64,000 nt of DNA, from NCBI GenBank assembly GCA_040285825.1, contig JAUPSS010000004.1, positions 6,353,784 through 6,417,783 on the forward strand, read 5' to 3'. The stretch's first letter is position 1, and each line of letters opens with the position of its first letter. The translations under genes and the position numbers were made by a program. A model generated the notes under the pieces. The model was not told the origin of the DNA and did no database searches. It saw nothing but the letters and a program-made list of their open reading frames with translations. Shown piece by piece: positions 11,901-22,344 of the stretch. Origin of the DNA: Eukaryota sp. TZLM1-RC. Its lineage: Eukaryota > Protista > Metamonada: BaSk clade.

Positions 11901-13022
11901 TTTCTTCTCATAATTGTTCAAATGCACTCAACTAAACCCTTATTTACTAGATTTGAGGTAGTTTCCGGTTTTAATCATCAAACAGGAAGGTTGGTGACGT
12001 CATCTGATTACAAAAGAGATCACTCAATTGTCACTGATGATATTGACAAGCTTTCAGTCGATCTCAGTGGTTTGTTACTTGGCAATATTGCCCATTCTTC
12101 AGCATTTTCTCCATGCGACGGAAGTAAAGTTTCAAGTAGTAAAGTTTTTGACTTTGCACCAGCAATTAGAGAGCCTTCATTAAGTCCTTTTGTTTCTTCA
12201 TTTAATTGCAATTCTTTTGGTCAATGTTATAACAGTTCTTATTATAAAGTTGATGATTTTGGTATCTTTTACTACTCTAAAGTGTTTTTGACGGCTTTCT
12301 GTCTCAATGTTTCTCGACCTTTAATCCACGATCTTTTTGATCCTTTGTTCTTGACTTCCCATGACTTTTCTAAATTTTTGTTTTCTAATATTGAACTGTC
12401 TTTTCAATCAATTGCTTCGTTTAGATTAACCTTGGTTATCATATTCTTTATTTTATTGATGGTTTTTCGGTTTACTATATTCGCTTCTGCCATCAAAACC
12501 ATAAGTTTAGACGGAAAAAGAACTAGAAGAATGCTCAAAATGGTTCCAAATGAGTGCAAAGATCGAGACTTGCTGAAATGGGACGACTCTCTTAAGATTG
12601 GCGTAGACTGGATTGATGAGCAGCATAAGAAGCTAGTTTTCATTATGAATCAGGTGTACCGAGCAGCTGTAGTTGACGGAAAGTCAAAGAAGATACTCTC
12701 TGATGCATTGTTTAATCTATTGGAGTATACTAAAACTCACTTTGCTGATGAAGAGAAATTCTTTGATTCTTTTAATTATCCAGGGGCTGCTGCCCATAAA
12801 TCTTTCCATAGAAAACTAGAAGGACAGGTTTTGGCGTTTTATGAAAAATTTGAAAGGGGAGAAAGCCAAGTTGATATGAATTTACTTACATTTTTAAAGA
12901 ACTGGTTGGTAAATCATATTTTGAAAAGTGATCTTCATTACGTTGAATCTTATAAACACCGTCAAGACCAACTTAATACCAACAGTGAAGTTGATTTAGT
13001 TTTAGTGGAAGATGGGTATTAG
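8913..13022 (+). CDS. TmcB/TmcC-like multi-pass membrane protein with C-terminal hemerythrin domain
   Basis: N-terminal multi-TM block with SRSHGRFD and LPYH motifs, then a helical region and further TM pairs. RTRRMLKMVP tail followed by hemerythrin WDDSLKIG-IDEQH-HFADEE-HKSFH-WLVNHILKSD (about 12579-12945). Confidence 0.85.
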   Translation: MASAVFGIFYLMIQNNSSLKKITFFAFLLAFSQFWTFTFETDLYADIPGANSLISLLNFLQPNLGPTDPSSRFQFFLFTSVGILIVCIVLYLSVRTAISFNKGIFTSLLSVRLLRLLGLALLSVLFIPNLQLLLGPLHCSNVNGKFIIDSLTTPTDCYTFPNILYQVFAFTSVMILVPFAAFLSLVYFNSDYTSTDLLSRSHGRFDLVYQLSKVTVVFATTFISSNFTKFFVISFISFLLLYYYLFYLPYHKTFTSFMCSFMYSSIWTSSLFTLFLTMGEVSDGGFKFDFELLGSFELGFPQLSFSFFFLVAVINVLSAIIVIKKLFFVGKYLDGPRLVKLVQSVKISEPQTYLSVACHPDPFMSSTTTQNLGIDTSSSSIPDLSWHPKFCPCQECCNLCVNCNSVFELERCCRYYLRQISKDQVEIKPKFSTSLLAMVSILYVHGYQLLKKSRNSTLISFMFNNSVVKLQPKFEQLTENFKTGISKVHDNHLYSMLPMDVKFLNFVDEQEQLRSTSSSVMSASQNGSRAEHITQNLEHARNQMSIVEYLDFQRLVHQINKGHVTAVNQLYAFWSCLVTAMAGSPYHTKRLTIIASNLVETEARSFVLLNELMLKFSKHPLVYYKAASFIRDVLSDDQMASKLEAVATTLNKEEPESGSVVANSVVDGSVADTSGVFNSTESSINFDDVHSSRDDSDSNLIKKIYRISFYLLTVLLIVLVGVHYFFEHNSLTRAEQFKNFAEFKSVYSYFTGVASEILDDVSPELFSDKLRSVVSKLRTYHRVAFRSLRQRPFWRSSLKLLSNQDFVIEIGPFSSEMSFYDVFLDFSRRSLTILDHSIDQQRLFVEQLISFSESAVVPSFDSVLKSFSLTESNSFYIIFSSVLILTSFGIIFFSIRQVINCFGNLNQNRASALRLFLEIDPNIIIKVADSLHTTSLKLGLKLPKLNSDSFSKTKSTAADRTKLLSGSGVSYSNSLSGLLWKICLVFLILFVIILGCFLLIIVQMHSTKPLFTRFEVVSGFNHQTGRLVTSSDYKRDHSIVTDDIDKLSVDLSGLLLGNIAHSSAFSPCDGSKVSSSKVFDFAPAIREPSLSPFVSSFNCNSFGQCYNSSYYKVDDFGIFYYSKVFLTAFCLNVSRPLIHDLFDPLFLTSHDFSKFLFSNIELSFQSIASFRLTLVIIFFILLMVFRFTIFASAIKTISLDGKRTRRMLKMVPNECKDRDLLKWDDSLKIGVDWIDEQHKKLVFIMNQVYRAAVVDGKSKKILSDALFNLLEYTKTHFADEEKFFDSFNYPGAAAHKSFHRKLEGQVLAFYEKFERGESQVDMNLLTFLKNWLVNHILKSDLHYVESYKHRQDQLNTNSEVDLVLVEDGY

Positions 13023-13419
13023 TTTTGCCCAAGTATTTTACTCTTCGTTCACTGTTTATTACTGTTTAATCTGTTGCTATTTGATAACTAGACAATAAAA
13101 CCGGATTCTAGCAATTCACTGTTTAACAACAATTTTAGATTCAGGTACACTAGCTAAGCACATTCTGCAATGTTTAAATCAATACTTTGTTTAATTCAAT
13201 ACTTTGTTTAATGTACTTGTAGTGGCCATCTATTTTGGACGTTTTCATCACTACAATGTACATATCTAGCACACGATTGTAACAGCATATCAACACGATC
13301 TTTGCTTATAAAAAAACAAAATAACTACACGTCATTGTAACAAGACATGACATAACATGATGTATCGTTACAGATGATGATAATGTTCATTTGCATCGTC
13401 GACATGGAACTTTTTTGCT

Positions 13420-13810
13420 GACTGACGTAAAGGGCATCATTTGTCAATACTAATTTAAACATTGTTCTTGTAGGCGAAAAATACAAAATGCTAAATATGC
13501 GAAACCCATTTCCTTAGTTAATGAAAATTCTCATGCCCAATATAATTTATGTCCCTTTGTTTTTTCTTTGCTTGGATCTCTAGGTAAGGCTGCTATGGCT
13601 GTCCATGAGGATTTTGTTGTAGTTGTAAAGGAAAGAACTAGAAGAATTTTCAATCGTGTTTACTGGCAAAACAGGATTGTATTTTCTATTTTTAAGGGAA
13701 TGGTAAAACCAATTTCTGATTCACTTTTTTCTTTTGGGAAATTTTCTGAATCTTTAGCAATTAATTGTTTTGATGTAAAAGAGACAAATTTTGAGGATGT
13801 GGAGTTTTAA
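13420..13810 (+). mobile_element. CRE-like LINE 3' fragment
   Basis: YNLCPFVFSLLGSLG...WQNRIVFSIFKG...FEDVEF*. Confidence 0.75.
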
Positions 13811-13842
13811 TTGTGTATTTTATGTTTTCATATTTGTTGTTG

Positions 13843-16544
13843 TGATGCCGTAGGTTGGAAAAGTGGGTTAAGATAAAGCTTATGAGGAAAAGTTGATTTA
13901 TTTTCTAATTATAACAAATAAGCCTTAGGGCGCCAACACTGCTTCTTCCCTTTTTAAAAATAAATCAGCTTATATGAATATAAAACAAAACTATAACAAA
14001 TAACTAAATAACTATAAATACTAAGAACTAAATACTGAATTCTACTGTTTTCTATTGTCTACAATTATCTTTGTAGTGATTGGTATTCACACAAACACTG
14101 GGTTTCACATTTTTAAGATCGACAATTGATGTACTATGACTCTCCCAGAACAATGTTAGTATAAGGTAGTAAGCAATAACTGAAAAGGGCCTCGTTCCAA
14201 GATCTGTGTGTTTGAATACTTTGTTGTGTATGTTTTAGTCGCTACATAAAGATAGTCTGCCTCTTCCCTTTTTCGTAAACGAGAAGCGTGGTAGTGTCGT
14301 TTAGTGAAGGTATCATGGAATTGAAGAATGGATTCGCTGATGATTATCCAGATTCTATGTTGAATCAAAAACAACAGTAAGCAAAATAACAAACCTCAAA
14401 GACCTGAAGGTGGCGTCTTTTGTTGTAAAAGTACTGGCTTTACGACTAAAAATATCAGAGGAGCAAGGACCGTATCTTTGCATTGTAGTACAATAATAGT
14501 GGAGGTGGAGTTTCTACTCGTAACCTCGTATTTGGTCGACTTTTCTCGTGCTTGGCTCCATAAGGAAGGGAGCTGCTCGAATGGATAAAAGTCCATTGAT
14601 TCGAGGTAAGACTCCGTGTCCTTGTTAGAAGTTTGGAGAATCCATCACTGGAGTCATCTTCCTGTCTTTGGAATTTGCTTCCATAAAAGAGCGAGCTGCT
14701 CAAACAAACAGTAATCTGTAGGTTCGAGGTGAGCCTCCGCATCCTTCATGATTTGTTGGCGAAGTTCTTTCTCTTCGTCATCCAGTTCGTCTAAAACGGA
14801 CCGAAGTTCTTCATATCCTTGAAGGACTGTTGAAGTTTCAGAACTTGAACCAAAATTTGCGTTTTTTGGTGAGGAGGGGGGTGGTCCCGTTCTTTAACCC
14901 TTTTGTGGCATTAAGTTGGACTTGGAAGAGGCGGGAGGTGGTTCCAAGTCTGGTTCCATTATTTTGGACTTGGAAGAGGCGGGAGGTGGTTCCGTGCCTA
15001 TTTCCATCGGCTTTCCTTGAGGAGGGGCGGAGGGTGGTCTCAAGCTCGAGTCCTCGAACTTACTAGTCTCTACTACTTCTCCTACTACTAATGTTTGTAT
15101 GGTAGTTGTATCCCTGTTATGTTCCTGCATGTTAGTTTTAACAGTGTCAGTGTTTTGGCTGAAAAGGATTGACATGATATCTGCTAAAGATATCCTTTGT
15201 AGAAAAGCTGTGTGTTTTTAAAATATGAAATTGATTTTCAACGCTAACAAAACATTAAACAAAAAACTAGAACTCAATATCCTCAATACACACATCAACA
15301 TCATCAAATCTTTAAAGCGCGCGATTATCATACTCTATTCCTAATTGTAACAGTGCTTTGGTCAACATTTCCGGAATTTGCTTTGAGAATACTAAAAACA
15401 ATTTTATTGTGCCAGAAATTGAAGTTCAATTCTTTTCCTGCTCTTTCTTTTATTAAACTTCTGAAACCTTCAAGAAATTTAATGCCAGATATTCCAATGT
15501 TACCAGAAAGAGATAGAGCAAATGGAACCAGCAGATACTTGACATGCTCAACACGTCCTACCTGAGATAAGGGTTCATTGCACTTGTTGATTTTGCTCTT
15601 TTCAGCAAAGCAAAGTGGAGTTTCATCTATTTTAGCAAAATCAATTGCTGAGTCTTTACAAACATCAACAGTGACAACATCAACAACATTGATCACACCA
15701 TCAGACCCAGGGGTAATTAAATCAGCACGGCGTTTCCCAAAAGTATTTTCATCTTCATTTTCAGATGACAACCTTCGCACAAGTGGTTCAACAAAAGCTT
15801 CAATGTGATGACTTTTGCACATAGCGTATAGTTGGTCTCTAACAGCATTGTGAACAACTGAGCGATATGTAATAATAAATTTGCAATTAAATAAATGATT
15901 CAGATTGATGAGCTGACCTCAACGACAAATCAAATCATTTGGCACACTACATGGCCACAGAAAACACCTCATCCTGAAAGCAGTTGTCCATTGATGATCA
16001 TTTAATAATAAGCCATATACATTTGGAATCTGGGAAATGAGACAACTTGAGCTACTTTCCTTAAGATCAATTAGAAAGTTTGCAAAAACGGGATTCTTTT
16101 CTTTAGCCAAGCTAAGACGAACAGTGAAATCCAAGTTTTCAAAAACTTTTAATAACTTTTTCTGCAATTTAGCATATGCAAATTTCAAGGAAATCAAACT
16201 CCTGGGTGGAATTTCTTGAATATCAGCAGGAAAGCATTTGGACCATATGTGAGGAGAGATGCGTTCAATTTCGTTCTGCAAGGATACTAAATAGTCACTA
16301 ACACAATATTCTATTAAATGTTGGTTTTCAGGAAAACGTTTCAAAAATTCAAAAACGAAATTTTTGCATCCACCAATAAATGCAGCTTTACACAAATATT
16401 GTGTATACACAAAGTGGTATACCTATAACCTAAATGGCCAATAATTATTGATGCCGTAGGTTGGAAAAGTGGGTTAAGATAAAGCTAATGAGGAAAAGTT
16501 GATTTATTTTCTAATCATAACATATAAGCCTCAGGGCGCCAACA
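13843..16544 (-). mobile_element. non-autonomous LTR retroelement with 96-bp LTRs (TRIM-like / gypsy-derived)
   Basis: Direct repeats 13843-13938 and 16449-16544 (TG...CA, 4 mismatches in 96). 4-bp TSD GTTG at 13839-13842 and 16545-16548. Minus-strand polypurine tract AAAAAGGGAAGAAGCAG abuts the 3' LTR. Confidence 0.9.
15267..16400 (-). mobile_element. 5'-truncated CRE-like LINE nested inside the LTR element
   Basis: YLCKAAFIGG...RMRCFLWPCS...KRRADLITP...IEF*, closely similar to the 4040-6060 copy. Confidence 0.85.
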
Positions 16545-16801
16545 GTTGAATAAAATTAAAGATGTTGAAAAAAAGTATCAAGGTAGAAGGAGCAAAAGTG
16601 CCGTTTCTGTCAGGAGGTCCAGTTACTAACGTCTTCAGCAACTGTTTGAAAGAACAAGGTGAATTTCGTTACACTTTTCTTATAACGAATACTGAAAAAT
16701 AGTTATGCATTTTGCACGTATTTCACCAGTTGATGAGAGTTTTGTTTAAAAAATCTCCTCATATATCGTAACATTTATTCTCCATATCAGTAACTGCTTT
16801 A

Positions 16802-17230
16802 ATGTACATACAACGCAAAGTACGAATCTCTGGCAAATCCCGGGGCAGTCACCTTATAACATCAGAGATAATGCGGAAAATTGGAACAGACCTTAAGCAG
16901 ATCAACTGCGGCTTGTGTAATCTCTTCCTACAACACACGTCTTGTGCATTATCCATTAATGAAAACGCTTGTTCTGATGTTCAACGTGATCTATCAAGAG
17001 AGATGGACAGAGTATTCCCGGATGACGATGTTAAACGCCGATTTGAGCATTCATATGAAGGACCAGACGATATGTCAGCTCACTGCAAAAGTTCTGTTTT
17101 AGGTGTTTCATTAAACATTCCAATTACTAATGGATCACTATCACTTGGAACATGGCAAGGCATTTATTTATTAGAGGCAAGGGATGAACCTAGTTCACGT
17201 ACTATTGTCGTTACGATCCATGGTGAATAA
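16802..17230 (+). CDS. yjbQ: YjbQ/UPF0047 family protein (secondary thiamine-phosphate synthase-like)
   Basis: HTSCALSINEN, HSYEGPDDMSAHCKS, LGTWQGIYLLE motifs. Confidence 0.93.
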   Translation: MYIQRKVRISGKSRGSHLITSEIMRKIGTDLKQINCGLCNLFLQHTSCALSINENACSDVQRDLSREMDRVFPDDDVKRRFEHSYEGPDDMSAHCKSSVLGVSLNIPITNGSLSLGTWQGIYLLEARDEPSSRTIVVTIHGE

Positions 17231-17558
17231 ATTTTTTTGAGAAGAGTTGCTGACTTTGATAATTTTGATGTTACATATAGTACATCTACACAAAACGTTT
17301 ATTTGCCCTGTGTAAAAAACATCAACTTTGAATCAAACAGAAAAGAATTATGATTAGGGAATTGTTGAGAAAATACACGGAACAAGGCCACGTTACTCAC
17401 ATAATCTAAATGACGTGATGGTGATTGCAATCCTTGATCATCTACCATTTATGATGTGACATTGTTTTCAGTGATACGATAATTGTTGGGTTGTGTAGTC
17501 CTTTTTGGTCGTTCAAAAACTCTTGTGTGTCAAACCTATTGTGCACTATTTATTTCCA

Positions 17559-18875
17559 ATGACTATCACAGCATCCCCTTATGAAGCTCTCTTTCCTCCC
17601 ACCCAAGTCTCCAAACTAACCTATGGAACAGCTAAAGGTTGTTTCTTGGGTGTTGGTGCCATCAACAAGTTTGCTGATGTCCTTGACGACTTAAAACCAT
17701 CCTGTGTTGGTTTTGTTACATCTAAGGGTGCTTACAAGGTATGATAGCCCAGTTACACTCATACCAGGTTTCCGGTGCTTGGGCTGCTATTGAACCTATG
17801 TTGGCTGAAAGAAACATTGAATACCTTCTCTTTGATGAAGTTGTTGCTAATCCCACCGGTGTCAATGTGACTAAAGCTGTTGATCTTTTCAAGACAAAGT
17901 ACGATTCTGATTTCTTAGTTGTAGGTATCGGTGGTGGCTCCCCTCTTGATGCTGCTAAATCCATCTCTGTTTTGCTTGAATACCAAGACAAAACTGTCCA
18001 CGATCTCTATTTCCACAAATTTACTCCTGAAAAAGCCGCTAAGTTTGTTGCTGTTAACCTCACAGCTGGTACTGGATCTGAAGTTGATATGTTTGCCGTA
18101 GTATGTCTCTTTTCTTAATTATTTAACGTTAGGTTTCACTATTGGACTCTGAACCACCAGTCAAACCTGTCTTAGCAAGTCCTGTTATTCACCCCATTTA
18201 CTCAATCAATGATCCTGCTTTGATGAAAACTCTACCTAAAAAACAGACTCTTTACACTGCTCTAGATCTCTTGAATCATGTCATGTTTGTTGAACTATTT
18301 TTATTTATTGTAGGGAATCTGTGACAACAACTGTTAGAACTCCATGGTCTGGAGCACTTTCCATTGAAGCTGTTCGCCTTACCCACAAATGGCTTCCAGT
18401 TGCCCTCGAAAACCCTGAAGATGAAACTGCCAGATATTGGTTAATGTTCAGTGCTGCTGTTGCCGGAATGTCTTTCAATGAAAGTTTACTTCATGCCACA
18501 CATGCTTGTGAACACAGTCTCTCTGCTAAGGTTCCTGATCTTGCCCACGGTTTGGGTTTGGCCATGATCATGCCAGCTGTCATGCGCCATATTTGGCCCA
18601 CAACTGGAGGCATTCTAGCCCATGTGTTTGCACCTATTATTGGGCATTTCACCGGCGCTGCTGAGGAAGCTGATGCTGCTGCCAAGGCTCTCCGATCTTG
18701 GTTGGAATCTGTTGGTATGACTGATACTCTCTCCACTCATGGATTCACCAAGGAAGATGTTCCTACCCTCGTTGAAATGACCAGAAAATGTCCTGGTATG
18801 GATGGTCTTTTGTCTCTTTGCCCCGGTGGAATGACTGATGAGCAAATGGCTGAAGTGTTTGCTTCTTCAATGTAA
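17559..18875 (+). CDS. iron-containing alcohol dehydrogenase (3 introns)
   Basis: GGGSPLD, TAGTGSEVD, DPAL, and metal ligands in DLLNH, HATHACEH, AHGLG. GT-AG introns 17739-17767, 18101-18132 and 18285-18313 join four ORF pieces in frame. Confidence 0.92.
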
Positions 18876-18964
18876 GGTTTGTGTAGATTTTTCTTGAATA
18901 AAGTTGTATTTAGTTGTTTTGTAGAAGCAATAATCTGTGGTGGTCTGTTTCGTTGAACAATAAT

Positions 18965-20039
18965 CAGAGTTGCACCCCCAACGAAAATGCGTTGTTTTCA
19001 AATGAATATTCTAATTTGGATGAAATTCTATACTATATGTAACAAATAAACACATTGTAACTAATTGTAACTAATAATTTATTGTAAAACTAAAGCACCT
19101 ACAATAGATCAGTTCATTGCCTTAGAAACTAGGACTCTCAATCTTCTTCTTCTAACAGCTGACAGCAAACATTCAATATTTCGATACAATCTTCCGTCTT
19201 GTTGTCTTCTTCAGAATCTTCTTCTTGACGACAACTTGCCAGGAAATCATACACTGCTATTAATTTGTTTACACGCTCTTCAGTGAGTCTATTTCTACGC
19301 TTAGAATGAATCCAATCATGTAGACTCCACAATCTCTCAACTGCAGAAGCAGACACAAATTGGGACACCACTTGTAATGCCAATTTTTGAAGCTCTAGTG
19401 CGTCATAACAAAACTGCTGCCACCAGATCATAGCATTAAAATTTTCTTTCTCTCTTCCTGCTAATGCTAAGGGCCTTCCAAAACTTGTGTGATGATGGAA
19501 TCTTTGAAAAACAGAAAATTGACGCAGTAAATCTAGTGCCTTATCACTGTCGTAACTGGTAATTTTTAACACAAAATCTTGAAACTTACTTATATCATAT
19601 AACCGTTCAGCAAAATTGAGTCTTTCAGGAAGATAATTTTTTGGGTTAAAAGTTTCATTATTGTTTTTCGGGGAGGCTCCATGCAAACAGAGATGTTGCT
19701 TCTCTCTCCTGGTGGAACTCCCACAATATGGTCTTTGATGCGCGTAGCGGAACCTGGAGTGTACTTCAAGGAGCAATAAACACATTGGTGTGTATAATTG
19801 TTTTCAATAGGAATAACTTCGGGCGAATCAAGATTTATTGTACAAACTGGGTCAGAGTCATCACAGGAAAGTTCTATGACGTAATCCCAAGCGATGTCTC
19901 GTTTGCGAGGCATGAGAGAAGAGGAGAAGGAAAGATAAGGTGGTATTGGAGTATGAGAATTTGCTTTTAAGAAATGGTCCGCAAAATCAACAAAAAAATG
20001 CGTTTTTTTCATTCCCGAAAGCAAAAAGGTGCCACGCTG
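18965..20039 (-). mobile_element. internally deleted hAT DNA transposon (BED finger + hATC dimerisation domain)
   Basis: TIRs CAGAGTTGCACC / CAGCGTGGCACC. Exact 8-bp TSD ACAATAAT (18957-18964, 20040-20047). AWDYV..CVYC..SATRIKDH BED finger and SASAVERLWS..HSKRRNRL motif. Confidence 0.9.
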
Positions 20040-20199
20040 ACAATAATCCCTGTCAAAGAACAGCTGACCTTACTGCCCCTCAGAATCACCTAATTTTTTC
20101 AATTTCTGTTGCTCCAATCCTCAATCTTCTTGTCAACTCACTTTCCTCATCAACATATGCCGCTCTCCTTTCATCAATTGTCCATGATATCTAGTTCTG

Positions 20200-21740
20200 C
20201 CTTTTTTCACTTCGTTCTTATGCTTCAGAAGACACAAAAACTTATTTCAGGAGCATACTGCTTTCAGTCTATAACGCAATCTGAACTCGCCAAATATTAC
20301 TGTGCATCACAACCTACAATATCTCGCTGGCTGAAAAACTCCTTTGACTAATCTAAATGGGGTCTGAACAAATGACAACCGTCAAAAAAAGTTCAACCTA
20401 ACAGAAATTAAAGTTCTTCCAAGAATTTACTATTTTCACCTTTTTTTCAAAAATAAATACCCATTTTCACCTTGATGATAGATTCCTTGCAGAGTCTTAA
20501 CAAAAAATACCCATGAACAACTCAAGCTCAACACAACTTTCATTTGCAACGAATCTTTTGAACTCCATTAGTGACGAGCTTGAAACATGTACTTCAACAA
20601 GAGGAAGTGTGTTTACCACCAGTAGGTAATCCTCAACAAGGCAGACCTACAACTACACGTGGTGTAAAGTATGGGGCTGGTAGAAAGCACAACGTTGGCA
20701 CTGATGAAACAGTTGAAGCTAAAAGGAAGAACAAATGCAGCAAATTTGATCTACACAGTCATAATGCCCAAACTTTCAAAAAGTAACAACAAGTAACAAT
20801 GTAGTGTTTGGGACATGTGAGTGTTTAAAAATAAAGTATTATTTATTTAAGTAAACGTATAACCTAAAAACAAGAGTGAAAAGTTGATGAAATCTCGGGT
20901 GATTATGGGCGAAAATTTGTCAAAAAAGGTGTAGAAGGGTCGTCATTCTTCTAAAAATATTTAATAGTGACCCATTCATTTTTGTTCATGAAATGGAGGT
21001 CATTTGAAAGAAAATGTTTGGCATTACTGCTTCAGTATCAACTATACGAAAAACACTTGTCGATTCGGGCTATTCAAATAAAGTGGCCTCAACCGTCATG
21101 ATGAAAATCAAGGAAAGTCTGAAACTTGACTATGAAGCAAGCCTCTTGAATTCAATCATTCTACTGTTCAAAGACGAATTGAGTTTTCGAAGTGAACATT
21201 TTTCAGAACAAAAGGTTATTCCAAAAAGAATGTCAGTATTCATGCTAAAAACTATTCATGGAAACAAACTTAATGCGAAACAAATATCTCTTGCTGTGTG
21301 CATCAAGCTGTTCGGATTTGTGACTTCACATATGAAAGGTCACTTATCCAGAGCTGCATTTTTAAAAGATTTTATAGGAGATGGTGGTACGTTCAGATAT
21401 GCGGGTCCTCGTTCTGTGCTTATTATGGATGTCGAATTTATATATCACCAGAAATTGTTGCAGCTGTACGAAAAACCGGTATTAAATACACCATATTAAA
21501 TCCTTACTCATCATAGTACAATTCAACTAAAAGTTTCTTTTCCATAAAAAAAGAGAAAGAGAGTAAGAACCGAAGCTAAACTCTACCAGCATGTGTCTGT
21601 TACTCAAATAATCTTTTCTTGTCTTAAAAGTTTGCCTAACTATAACCTTACGTCACTCTTCAATCATTTTGGTTACATTGAACGAAACTACTATCAGTCT
21701 CCATATTTGCATAAAGAACAATTGATAAAATTATTATCCA
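20200..21740 (+). mobile_element. degenerate IS630/Tc1-mariner-like transposase relic, interrupted by another fragment at about 20460-20830
   Basis: HTH-like TQSELAKYYCASQPTISRW, SVSTIRKTL, FKDE, SVLIMD and LNPYS remnants, with frameshifts. Confidence 0.55.
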
Positions 21741-21829
21741 AAAAAATTAATTATTAAATTTTAAAACTAAAGATATGCCCTGTAAGATCTGTACGAAAGA
21801 AAAAGGACATAGATTCATCATGAAAAGAT

Positions 21830-22274
21830 CTGGCATTGCCTCTTCTCGACAAGTCCAAGAAAAGTGAGTTGAATCGAACAATACTTGTTCTGGATCATCA
21901 TCTGTTAGGGCAGTTCTCTTTCAAATGCTGAAAATTTCAAAATCAAAAAATACAATGAATCTATGTCCAAATTGTCTAGTCAACAGCATGCAAAATACAA
22001 TTTGTATTCATTTGTATTTTCTCTTTTTGGTTCACTTGCTCCCACGGCTATACGTTTTTCGGCAGATTTTGAAATGATTGTAAAGAGAAGAACTAACAGA
22101 AATTTCAACAAATTGTTTTGGCAAAATAGAATTGTGTTTTCTATTTTTGAAGGGATGTTGAAGATGGTTTCTGATGCTTTGCTTTCTGTTGGATCTCACT
22201 ATGAGAGAGTTACATCTAGTGTTTTTGTTTTGGGAGAGATAGGGTATGTAGATGTTGATTTATATGTTAATTAA
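21830..22274 (+). mobile_element. CRE-like LINE 3' fragment
   Basis: YNLYSFVFSLFGSL...FWQNRIVFSIFEG. Confidence 0.75.
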
Positions 22275-22344
22275 TAAATATATTTATCTGAAAGATACAA
22301 AAAATAAAATTAATCAAAGAAACTCTTTATTTACACTTCACTTT

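Noticed and set aside
14894-15000. Short direct repeat TTGGACTTGGAAGAGGCGGGAGGTGGTTCC (x2) as a CRISPR-like array
   Set aside because: Only two units, and they encode a repeated EPPPASSKS peptide inside the LTR element
17505-18875. Fragmented ORFs (ADH, also CCT6, kinesin, cyclase) as a sign of frameshifting or an alternative genetic code
   Set aside because: Fully explained by short GT-AG introns. TAA, TAG and TGA all act as stops.
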